Position numbers and translations under genes: made by a program
Shown: piece after piece, positions 41,139 through 53,883 of the stretch
Position numbering within the stretch: position 1 is the first letter of the stretch
Layout: every line of letters begins with the position of its first letter
NCBI RefSeq assembly: GCF_000150275.1
Contig: NW_002060957.1
Coordinates: 1,543,407 to 1,607,406 of the forward strand
Length of the DNA: 64,000 nucleotides
Origin: Trichoplax adhaerens
Lineage: Eukaryota; Animalia; Placozoa
Direction: 5' to 3'
Notes under the pieces: model-generated
The model's database searches: none
Seen by the model: the letters and a program-made list of their open reading frames with translations, nothing else
What the model was told of the DNA's origin: nothing

Positions 41139-44100
41139 TATTACAAATTAGAAAATCATAGCAAGCACAGTTGGTCTAATACTTAAGAAAGCATTGCTTA
41201 GTTCTAAAACTTATTAAAATTATGTTTTACATAGGCTAAATTTAATGCAAACTTGTATTTTCCCTAGTTCAACAACCTAGTTTAATCCGATATGTAACAA
41301 TAAATTTTTCCGAATTACCATCAATTTAATTGGCATATAGATGATAAATCTGAAACAAAATGCAAATTGATAAAAGCTCAATCCTTTTTTTCCTCACCAA
41401 TCTACTAATGAATTTCATCCCAAACACATTGAATGCATTAAAGACAACATTTTGTGTAGATCAAAGTGTTCAAATAGATTAATGTAACTACGTAATATCA
41501 GCATGGCTTTGTTTCATGCTATATTTATCAATCGCCTATAAGCTGCACTGACTGATATATCTGCCATAAAATTAAATCTGACTACTTAATTACAGTACCT
41601 GAATAAATTATTCGATGTGAATTGTATTTTTAGCATGTATTTCAGCAAGTATAACGCTATAATTCAATAATAATATATGAGTTTTCATAATTCCATTCAG
41701 CGTAAAATCTGTATGAAATCTTTCTATAAGATGAAGTTAAAATATTATTAGAATTCTGTTAAAAATATAGGATTTGTTTTTCTGAGCTTGGTAGGATACA
41801 ATTCATAATAAATACTGATCATCATTACATCAAAAAAGGAATCAGCAAATAGAGATTTCATCCTCCTGTCAAATATTTTCTACGAAGACTTTCTAAACAG
41901 TATTTTTCGTTGCACTTGTGTAGATACTAGAATATATGTCGAAATAACTAATTGGTTTGTATGGACATCATTCTGAACTGTACAGCAGATAAAAATAATG
42001 ATGGCTGTATCAAAGAAAATCAAAAGTACGGCGAAATTAATTTTATCCTTATAATGCTTTACCTAGTTATTTCAGTCGTAGTTCCATTAGCTATTGTAAT
42101 TTCAAGTACAGCCGCAGGCAATATCTAAGCCCAATAAATAGATTTAGCACAATTAAACATACTAATCCTCTATTATATATGGCAGAGCATAGATTATTAC
42201 ATGATTGTATTTCTATTTAATTTTACGTATATTGTAGAAGTGCTTAAGCAGGTGCAAAAGAGCGATAATTCAAGATGTCTGTAGATAGAGCTTTATTGCT
42301 CGATATAGCTTATTTTAATTTAATTCTCTATATCTAACCTACAATTATGATCGACAACCAGCCCTATATCCTAATTTATCATTGAAATCGACTATTGGTT
42401 TATAATTTTGTCCTCATATTCCTACACCAGAAAGAGAAAATGAAAAATGTAGTTTAAATTTATTGGAGATGTAGTAATCTTCAATTTACGTTGGGTTAAG
42501 CATAATTAACTAAGAACTTTAACTTAGGAAATTACCCTTGCTTGTAGTTAAATAACAAAATCTCTTCGAAATATCTTCTTTGAGTAGCAAATTTTCGAAT
42601 TTATTACAGTGGTTGTATATAAATTCTTGAGGTTGATATTAACATTAATAATATTCATCTGAATTAACCTTCAGGTAGTCAATGAAGCATTTATTCAGAA
42701 ATGAAATAAAATTATCTGAAATATATCATAACTTAAATATCGCCTCATTACATAAATTCTTTCGTCTACTGAATTAATAATCCTACATATGATTTTACTA
42801 TCTCATACTATCTTAAAATCTCAGTCTAAAATCATTTTTGCATAAAATCTAAAGTTAAAATGTTGAGATTTCAAGAGTATCGTCTCTCATATTGGCGGTA
42901 GGCCTCGAAGATTTTTCGTAAAAAATCAGTCAACGAAATAATTCACTTACTGTAGCCCACAAATTAAGAAACCCTGAAACTAATAAAATAAGGCCGTATA
43001 CTAGCGCACTTGTACATGCATATAGAATGGCAGCATAGACACTGTCTCAGAAATGAAACTTGCATATCATATGCAAGACCTGTTTTAATGAAATTCATTC
43101 ATCTTAAAAATTCGTCGAAATAGTTCTTTGAAGGAAACATAAGTTTTTTTATTAATAAAAGTAAGATATTTAAAGAGATATTCGACTAATATCGTATTAC
43201 AGTTATGTTTGATAACTACAGGCAGCAAATGCTAGGTCTCATTGAAAGTCATGAATGAATTGAAACTATTCTAAACCACTTCCAAACGTATTAATATTCA
43301 ATAATAAGGGATAATTCTTTTTCTAGCCGATATTTGATGAATAAATAAAATAAAACTCATAATTATTTCCCAAATTCATCTCTAATTTAATAAGATCATA
43401 GGTCACTTGTTCAATTGCTTCGCTTAATTCAAGTAATAGAAACGAATTAAGTTAGAAGTAGTAGTAATATCGAAAAAGATATTTTATTCAGAATTTTTTT
43501 TTAAACTTTTCCTGGAAACGTTGATATATCACCGACAAATCCTACTTTACAGCTTTTCATTTTACAAGCAAGAATATGCTGTACGTACAGTATGCACTGT
43601 ACTTTATTGGAATTATTTTCTTACTCTTCCTGAGTCCTATCAACGAAATTACAAAGATTATATACTGTACCGTGTTCAGTAATAATCACTAATAAAAGCC
43701 AATTTTAGTAAATATGTCCTACGAATTAGTGACCACAGTTCCGAAAGCAAAAATTCTATCGTGTACATAGCACGTGTAACAGTAGATGATCTAACTAGAG
43801 TCAGGAAGAATCTTAATTTTAAGCCAGCCTAATATAGCCGTTTAACCGACGCTAATTATATCGAGATTGCTTCAATTAGTTGCAACTAAATCTACGTGAG
43901 CAATTTTATGCAATTTATTCAGAAACTGCTCCGAGTCTCGTATAACTAAAGTTTTTAAAGGGGGAAAAATTATGACAACCACATTTTCCATTGCCATAAT
44001 CGAGATAGTCATCGAAATAGAGTTCAATTAACATATTTATTGCCTCCTATCTATTTTAAATCAAACTACCGTTAATTATAGACTAACAGGCCGTTTCAAT

Positions 44101-47100
44101 TAGGGTTTATAACCCCTCCGAATTTTGTTACCCCGGAGTCCAATCCATGATTTGAATACCATGATGTTGAAATTTACTTCAGTAACAGTCTGCTTACTTG
44201 AAATCAGGCTGTTCTTCGGATACACTCCTATAGATAGCAAACACTAGAAAAAATAATTAAAGATTAAGGAATGGGAACTAGCTAAAATGCTTCAATTTAA
44301 CAATAGAAAGTCTATTGATTGATAGATTAGTAAGTTTTCTCAAGGCTTACATTGTCCTACCTATTTCACCCTCAGTAGAAGACAGTAAAGTGATTTTTGC
44401 TCTACCGCATATTATAATACTGTACTGAAGCAAGCACTAATATAGCTTTTCAGGATGGAGCTCTTATCTAAAACCAAAAATCTTAAAAGTTTACTTTTGT
44501 AGAGCTTAGATTGGAAGATTGTTACCGGTGCTATTCGTCAATTTAAGTAATGCTGCCGTTGGACATCAATTTATCTATCAATGTCGGTTTAGACAAATTC
44601 AATGCAACCATACTAATATTTTAACATGAGAAAGTGCTCTATGAATTTTAACTAAGATTCTTTATTACTTGGTAATTTCATTAACTAGCACTACTATCAC
44701 TGCTATCACGACTTCCTTCAATCGGTACTGGAGCACGAAGTTTTCTTACGCAAAATATGATGCAAAGTGAAATCGCTTGACTAACGCGAATATTTAGTCT
44801 GCTAGCTGCAAAAAAGTAAAGCCTGAGCATGTAAACAGACTTTAAAGTCATCAGCAATCAGTGAATTATATTACTTGAGCCCGTTTTTAATATCAAAAGA
44901 AAAGGAAACGGATGCTTTGCATTTCATGTTGTAACTACTGTCAAATAGTCTTCATTACAAAGTGATAAATTATAATTTTCAATAAGAAGCAAGCTTGACA
45001 ATATTGTTAAACTATTTTACTATTAAAGGTTGGTCAAGTAATTTTACTAAATCAGATTATTAAATCAATACGCTTGCATCTGAAGGCGAGAAGATTAAAA
45101 TTATTAATAATTAAAATAACGCATCATCATGATAGAATCGTCTCATGATACAATCATCTTCAAGATGACAATTCTTGAATAGACATCTACGGTTGAACCC
45201 GTAATTGTTCACCAATTAATACTTTATAGCTTACGTTTATCACTATAAGACTAGATAACATTCACTTAAGTTAGCAAGCGCATTATTAATCAAAATTCTA
45301 TTTGGTTTATGATAGCAAAACTTCACAAGTCAATATCTCTGGTAATAGCCATGAAGCGATATTGTGTTTACACATTCGGACTGCATTTGAATTGATTGAT
45401 AGATACCCTTCTTTCACTACTCCAGTAAGAAAAGATCTTATGCAATCGTTATCATAAGAATATTGCTTGCACACGACCACATTTAAGTAGTGAATAGGAT
45501 GAACAATCAAGCAATCACTTTATAAATACGATGTCTGCAACTAAAGTTTTATTATCCTGACGAATAATAAAAATCCCTTCTTCTTCTCTACAACTTCTTT
45601 GCTTGAAGTATGGGTGTTGTAACATTCTTCCTGAATCAGTAATTTCAATAATATGGATATAAATAGTTGAAAAGATTACACAGACAGCTTCTATGTCAGT
45701 AATTAATTATTATTTTATTCTTTTTACATGGGTACTGTTCTGGATACAATTCAAAATGTTAAAGAGAAGTTGGTATTGTATCGAATTGCACAGCTGCTGT
45801 GAGCTATTTTCTTGTCGACAAGATCGGTCTAGTGCAATGACACCTACTGCGAAAGCACTTGAATAAAACCATTTCAATAAAGGAAACAAAAAAGCCATTA
45901 GTGACGACGATTGCTAACTTGTAAATGTTCCAACTCATAGCATGTGGTCGTCAATTGTGGTCGATAAAGTAGTAGAGCTATAGCAAACAGTTCAGGTAAA
46001 ACAATGAATCAAAATAAAACTAATGGACTAGTTGGTTTATCATGATGATATATCTCAACCAATGAGCAATAGAAAAAAGCAAGCATTTAAAATTTTATAT
46101 GAATTTTAAAGACAACATGGCGACGATAGTTGGCAAGTGGCTATAATAACTATTTTCCTTATTGATTATATGAAAGTATTTTACTTTTCATCTCCATAAT
46201 TTGAACTTTTTTAAACTTTCAGTAAAGCTCTATATCACCATAAAAAAATTGAATTCATTACAATAAGGATAAATGGAAATCAACTTTTTTGCCTTCATTT
46301 ATTAATTATTTAAAAGTGGAGTTATATTGAAGGTAGATAAACAATAACTTGATTTTAAAGATTATGACTAGATTATTCAAGTTATGAATAGTATGGGAAC
46401 AAACAACATTATATCACTAATTTAGATGGTCGATGCAACAAGTAAGCACCACCATACAATTTCTATGGTATAACAGCAACATTCAATCAACGACTTGTAT
46501 AGCTAGCCAATACATCATACAAAACAATAAACAATTTACTTTATTCTTTATTTTATTGTGTCTGAAATTATCTAATAGCTTTATAACTTTATCGATAACA
46601 ACAGCCAATTAAAGAATAAAGCGAACCCATGGAAAAATAATATATTATACAATCTAGAGTCCATTTAATCGTTTACCAATGTACTCATCATGACAAAAAT
46701 TGATTAACAATATTACTCATAATTTCCTCCCATATTGCTGTGATGCTATTTGAATGTGTCTAGCGTTGAAATCAATCTAATTTCAAATTGTATTGTAGAC
46801 CCGAACTCTACAATCTGCATAGACCCAACCCTGCTTCTATCCCGCCGTTTACTATTGCCGTAGGTGGGCATGGCAAAATTTATTTTTCTAGTATTTTCAA
46901 ATAAGATGGTATTATTCTATGTTAGCGGTGTTATTATAACAATTTCTTGCAGCGCAGGTCTTTAAATCATCATTCCAGATACACACCTTAGTATTTGATA
47001 CAAATTCATCATGAAAATCGATCTAGCAATTTTTTTTTACTTCTAGAATCAGGTAATCATCCATTCTTCAAGAATAATTAAATTCATTATGGTTTTAGGG

Positions 47101-47145
47101 TTATGATAATCTATTTTTTTTTACTTAATTCAGCCATATATAGCC

Positions 47146-47773
47146 CACGCTGCATGAATCCAGTCTGCGTTCATCATTACGTCTGTTTTGACTGCAATAA
47201 AAATTAATCACCTTTACATGGACAGTAGCAACGCGTTTATCTGTGTTTGCAAGGTCGTCTTAAATCAAAGCTGTTATGGACTAAATGCATAATTCGATCG
47301 CTTAATACACTCAACGAGAATCTAATTTGTATTCTTTTGATTTCTTTCTCCTACAGTTAAGCATCATAGGGAGAGATTCATGATTCAATTTTTCATTCCC
47401 TTGTCAACTCAACACACTCTGCATGAATCCCGCTTGCATTCATTTCGATATACAATCGTTATAATCAGAAAAATAACAAGACTTCATTGCCTACTTGCTA
47501 TTCCTATCTTCAAACTTCCGCTTTACCTGAACTATACTAGATAAAATTTTCTTTGAATCATCTTATATCACATTGTTAATGATAGATGCAGTATTTCACC
47601 TATTTCTACAGTACTCACCTAATCAATTTCAATTACTAGCATAATTCAAGTTTCCCGGATCAAAGTCGGTCATATAAATTTATTTTCCCTAAATGATGAC
47701 GAAAATAGTTAATATATTCCATTTTTCAGTTTGGTTAGAGATGAAACTCTACATGAGTCCAAATTGCATTCAT
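47146..47773. promoter_or_regulatory. Three copies of a 29-bp motif in the Otp-Hbn intergenic region (candidate enhancer module)
   Basis: 47146-47174 cacgctgcatgaatccagtctgcgttcat; 47415-47443 cactctgcatgaatcccgcttgcattcat; 47745-47773 aactctacatgagtccaaattgcattcat. The repeat is observed; a regulatory role is inferred. Confidence 0.5.
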
Positions 47774-50700
47774 CGATAGATTTTTATTCTTAAAATAAAT
47801 ATAATATTGATAAACTCTTCGTCTCCTGCAATATTTTATTTCCCTTTATTTCAATATTCTTATCTTCATTGCAAACAGCAAAAGCATGTATTCTATCATT
47901 TCTTCATTCCCTGAAGGCTTCTCCACATGTATCCTAATACATCGGATCGAAACAAATAATAGCAATTCGATAGTCAATCCTATCTTCCTAAACTAATTGT
48001 CAATCCACTCTCCTATAAGCATTAAATTGGTTACCTTTCACTGTTACACTGATGCATTATTTAAAAAGCGGCTGAGCCTGATTTATCCATGACAGAAATA
48101 TTAATTTGCTATCTCTGTTAGATATAAATTAATTAAAATTCAGGTGTACATTTGCAATACATCTTAAATATATCTATTCATGATTAGATGATCAAACACC
48201 CCTGATTTATCAAATGATGTTTAAAGTAATTTACAACCGATGAATCAAAATCATATGACGTATAATCCCCTTATAATCTGATTCTGACATTAAGGATGAA
48301 TTAGAACGTTTTGTAAATCTTCGAAATTGAAGACAATAATCATCTATCATGATCAATTTAATAATTTGACAGCTATTAGTGTTTTCACGATATTGTTACA
48401 ACTTTTAATCAATTTGTTTTTTCATCATGAATAGATGCAATCATGATTACTAGGAATAGAAGAATCAAATAGTAAAGCAAAAAACAATGATAGAAAAGAG
48501 ATTATCTTGGCGCTTATCCCCTTATTAAGAAATAAACAAAAGAAAGTTATAAGAAATCCAATTTACCACATAGAGTGTGGATAATAATTAACTTGAAGTT
48601 TTTGTCTAATCAAGTTCAATTTAGTTAGCATTGTTTTTTATTGCTTATTGACTTTGTTCAAACTAATCGGCCTTTGATTCATGTGTACATTTATGATTAA
48701 ATTTTATAAAACATATTGAAAAAAACAATTCATATCTACGATCGGTCTCAAATATAAATTATTGATGAGACCGAAAATACTGCTAATTTCCATACCCTAA
48801 TAGATAAGGTATTTCCACTTTACATACGACGATAATCATGATCATTCCTAACTGCTTAATTAATTTTGAACTTTTACTGGATCCTAATGGTCTTTATTGA
48901 TAATACTGGTGTTATATCTCAATTTGATAATGGTAATGGAAAAATAAAGGCTAAGTATCGTTGGGGCTATTATATAAGAGGAAAGAGGCTTAACGCCAAT
49001 TATCAATCACTGCACAGTATGGAATATTGTCGGTGTCCTAGGCTAATTTGCCGTTAAAGTAATTATATTGTATTAGATTCATCAATTAAACCTTACATTG
49101 ATTATTATAAAAGATACCAGACGACGCCGATCCAAGCTAATATAAAAGCAACAGACTAAAAGGTGTAAAAAAAATTACATCAACATGTACGTAAAGTTAT
49201 TTATCTTGCATTTACTGCCAATCATCTATCATAATTTGAAGTTGTAAATGAGTTCACTTAATCCACATTTTAAATGCAGCATTTTCTGCTTGCTATGCTG
49301 CTATGATGATACTTACGTACGTATGAAAAAAAATTTATCATGATATTATAAAGTCTTTTAGAATATTTAATCCATTGTCAACAATAAGAGGAAAAGTTCA
49401 ATATCAACTTTGATGATAGTTGCTAAATGTCAATCAATTAAACAATAACCAGACTGCATCCACCTATGCTGCAATTCTGTTCCTTTTACCGGAGCTTATA
49501 GCTAATATTTTATGCCGTAATGTTCTAAAGTAACAATAATAATAACGGATAATCCCATCATTTTACATGTATATCGATGTGATATTTCTAAAGATCAAAT
49601 TGCTATAACAAGTATCGATTGGATGTAATCATCCAATCTTTACACTACAATTAGATAGACATAATGCAATTGAACCCTTACAATTTGATTATGACTAAAT
49701 TAGTACAATCGATTATACGATTAATCCCCATCTTATTCTATAGTTATCTTAGACAATTAGTTATTGCTAATCGAATTTACCCGTAAACAATATATTGATG
49801 AGTTTAATTGTTCTCTTGCAGACAGTCGCCTAAGAATAATAGTTCAAGTAAAATGGTAGAAATAGATTCATAGCGATCAGCATGCTACAGACATAATTGT
49901 TTACTTTATTCATTTAAGTAATCATATCATAGAACAGGTAAGTCAATTTAAAGGTTGTTTAAGCTATTTTATTTTCACTTATTGCATTTCAATCGTACGG
50001 ACAAGATCTCAATCCGTCTACTCCAGTCAACTCTACTAAAAGCTATCTGTAAGTCCTGATATTAATTATTATTGCATAAAAGTTGTTGTTAGCCAATTAA
50101 TCAGACAGCTCATCTGACTACATGCCGTAGTAATTCATTAATTCTAAATACTGCTTAAGATTTTATTTTGTTAGCAACAAGAATCTGAGTCACGACAGTC
50201 TAAATACGAGCTCAATTATTATTTTCTTCCAGCGAAAAATTAAACCAGGATACCTTATGATATGAGTTATCCACTAGTTTTCTATAGGTTTGATAGATAT
50301 CTAGTGTAATTATCAACATAGATCAAATTAACTATATTCCCAATATTTTTAAGTCATTAGAAATTTAACTTAAAAGGACAAATTTGCTTAAAGATATCAG
50401 GGCTAATTTTTAAATTGATTAATTTAGCCTTTTATAAGTATGTAATCAAATTATAGCCTATGCCCTTGAAATCTCAATTATAACATCTTAAATTGCGTAC
50501 GTGCACATCATTCGACTTAACATCGACGGAAATTGAGTATATCATTTATCGATCTGAGCATGCAATCTATATGTCAGATTGCATTAACCATACCGTATGA
50601 TATATTTGGCAAGTTGGTCATTATGAGTGGAAATAACCAAATGCATAGTATAGTAATGTTTTGATCAACTTGTTTGATCTCTACCTATTATATTGACAAA

Positions 50701-53700
50701 AGAGCTGATGAGCAGCTATTCTTTGAAGATACGTCACAGTAATTGTTCTCTGAGAGTAAATACGTCGATATGTATGTCATCAGAATTCTATGTCAGGGTG
50801 AATGCAGTGAAGAGATCAAAAGTGTCTAATCTCTTCTAAAGTCTCTTGGGATTTAATAAATAGTGTAGAATAAATAATGCCAATGATTCAAAATTAAAGC
50901 AACGCATGTCATAAGCTGTCGCCAATTACATCATCAAACAATTAAAGGAGCAGAAGTAATGATATCATAGTCGGTCAGTTACATACTCGTGCAGGTCTTG
51001 AAGATAACTCTGTTTAAATCTTAATTTTAATCTTAGTATTGCAGCTAGTTAAACACGTTTACTTAATATTCTGATTTTCTAGATTTGCCACTCAATAGCA
51101 ATAATAACAATTTAATGTACACGATTATGAATTATCTACTAATCTGACAAGTTCCCTATCCCGTTGTAATACTTGTAACAATCAGATTAGAATAGAATGA
51201 ACAGCTTATCAAGTAATACTGTAATATATACCCTATACTATTATAATTTTATAACCAAGTTATTGCAGAATTATTGCTTTAGCTTTTTTTCAGCCTAATA
51301 TTACTGTAACATTTCTACATTAATTTATCTACCGATGGAGAAAATTTTGAATTGACTCCCATTCAACATGATAATATACGTTCAAGGGAAAATAAACAAT
51401 GTGGCACTTAGTAGTAGTAGCAGCTTTCATATATCCTACAGAAAAAGAAAACTTTAATCAGGGAACACCTTGTTCTTTAATCATGAACAAAGTCATTCAT
51501 TAAAATCAATGTAAATCACTACCGTTTCCTGCACTGGTAAGAATTAATATTTCAGCTAACATATCCTATCCCTATAAAAATTAATGATAATTTGCTTATT
51601 GAATAATCTCGATTAATGAATATTCAGCAGCATTTACTGGAATAACTGTATAAATTAATTTATTCTTGTTCAAGTCTTTAAAATCTACTATCGGATTCAA
51701 TTTATACCTTACTTAGCGTATAATGATGCATAATAAAAGAATGGATAAGAACATTAAATGAGTTCACATCCGCTCATATTTTCCCTTTTTATCTTTAAGC
51801 TATGACTGCAATGCATTTTGTGATAATCTGGATAATTTATGATTTAAAGAATTCTCTTCGTTTATTAATATCAATTGAGTTACACTCTCCTAGATAGAAA
51901 TTGCTATTTTTTCCATTAGATTATGATTAGCGGTATAAATTTTGAAAACGTTCATTATTAATAATCAAATTAAATAGTTTCTACTATTAATTTAATCGAT
52001 GGGGAAAAAGTTTCTATATAATACAATTTTACATTATGCAATTAAAGTATACATTTAATTCTAATGGAATTTGCAATAGTTTTCTTTCCTGTGGTCATAA
52101 AGCCTGATGCGATTAAAGGAAAATAACTTATTCAAAATCATGCCTTACATGATAATTTTCAAAAACTAAATTCTACTTCGCAGTCAATCATATTCAATAA
52201 GATTATATATATTTACTAGTCATCTATGATTCTTATAATTATCGATTGAAATACTGTACTATAGGAAGGTAATACAAATATTATAAAGTTTAATGATTTA
52301 ATCTTTATTTTCGGTCAATTAATTAACCCTATCAAGAACGCAAATTTTGAATCATCAAATTAATGATCGTAAAATTAAAGAAAAACGACATCAATTAAGA
52401 GATAGAGAACAAAAGTTGAAGCTATTGTTGACCCTAGAGAATAAGGTATTGATTCATAATGAATCAATCCATGATTAGTAATGTTATATTAGTGTAATCT
52501 AGATGAATAAATGTTCATTCTGATAACTTTTTAATCGCGCTTTTCCATGATAATCCATTGAAGTTAATAGACAATAATCAATAATAGCATCCTAGATAAT
52601 GGCGTCATGATCACCAACCCAGGTGATTCTTGCTCTTAAAAACTTTCCACTGCTGTTAAGACTACCTTTTGTTATAAATTTCATTTGTTCAAAGTATTTT
52701 AATGCCAATACATTGAATACATGAAGTAGCTGTGCGCAATAATAATTAATTTTATTATTAGAAAGGCAATGAAGAATAATGCGTTTTCATCACAAACAAG
52801 CATCATTATACATTACTATACAGCTCTTAAAATTTGATTTAATACTTTTACTACAGTTGGGCATGTTCCCACCAACAAGAGAGACTGGTCTCATTTATTT
52901 TTATCTAACTACGACAGTATCAAGATTGATCATAGTATAGTTAACGAATATATTATCCATTTGACTTGACCATTTTTAAAGTGAAAATTGTTCATAAAGT
53001 GATTAGGCTACATAACTTTCATTGTAATATTCTTAAGTAATGGTTAAAGTAAATCCAAAAATAAGAAAATGCTTGAGTAAACGTTCACTTATTTGATCAT
53101 TCTCCTTTATCTGTAGTCGGACCATTTCATATTCTTGATGATTTAATGATTTCAACCAGTAAAACATTTAAAAACTGAACCCCCCTGCCAATCTATTCGG
53201 AGATTCTAAATGATACCATTGTTGGTTAGCCTTGAAAAAATAATTTCAGGTAATTAACTACTTTCCTAGCTGGCGCCATCTCGGCAGGTTTCCACTTGAT
53301 GGAAATAAGGAATGGGTGTATTAGCTGGACTTTGTTCTACGATAACCTAAATTAGATAGAGAGAAAAAATCACCAGGTGATTGAATATAATTGACGTAAA
53401 TAATAATTAACAATCCAAAACTGTCTCCCTTTCTCCTACCTATCAATGACTAACTAAAGATCAAACACAAACCAAATATTGTAAATATTACTCTGATTGA
53501 ATTATTATTTTACGGTTGCTAACTGAATTGTGCCTATCAGTTATGGATAGACTAATTAACGACATTATCTAAGCTTAAAGAAAAAAACGTTTTCATTATA
53601 AGCAATTTAATTCCGCCTCTATCTGTTTCCAATCTAATCCAATTTACCACAATTGACCTTTACAAAGTGATCCTGTAATAACACCAACTTGTTGCAGTTA

Positions 53701-53883
53701 GATACTATATCTACATTTCCCGCTCATACCTCTGTTTTCATAGCGATTACCTTTCTATGTATGTCCTAAGTCTTATTTTTTATCAGAGTATGGTACTTGA
53801 TTTGATTAATTCAATTCCTATTTTGTTTTTCCTTTATAGAAATCTTACTGGTTTTTAAGAAACTTTGCCATATTTTCATCGAC

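Noticed and set aside
45307-45898. Short minus-strand ORFs in the Otp-Hbn spacer (and 32947-33189, 36409-39581 in or near Otp)
   Set aside because: No recognisable motifs and no phase-consistent exon chain.
48742-48774. Short inverted repeat TCGGTCTCA-n15-TGAGACCGA
   Set aside because: 9-bp arms, no TSD, too short for a pre-miRNA; plausible by chance in 64 kb.
24100-53800. TAAT-n-ATTA homeodomain dimer sites as an autoregulation signal
   Set aside because: Expected frequently by chance in such AT-rich DNA; enrichment cannot be shown by eye.
41139-53883. Rx gene or pseudogene between Otp and Hbn
   Set aside because: No homeobox-like (RxRTxF, WFQNRR) or OAR-like translation seen; a highly decayed remnant cannot be excluded by eye.
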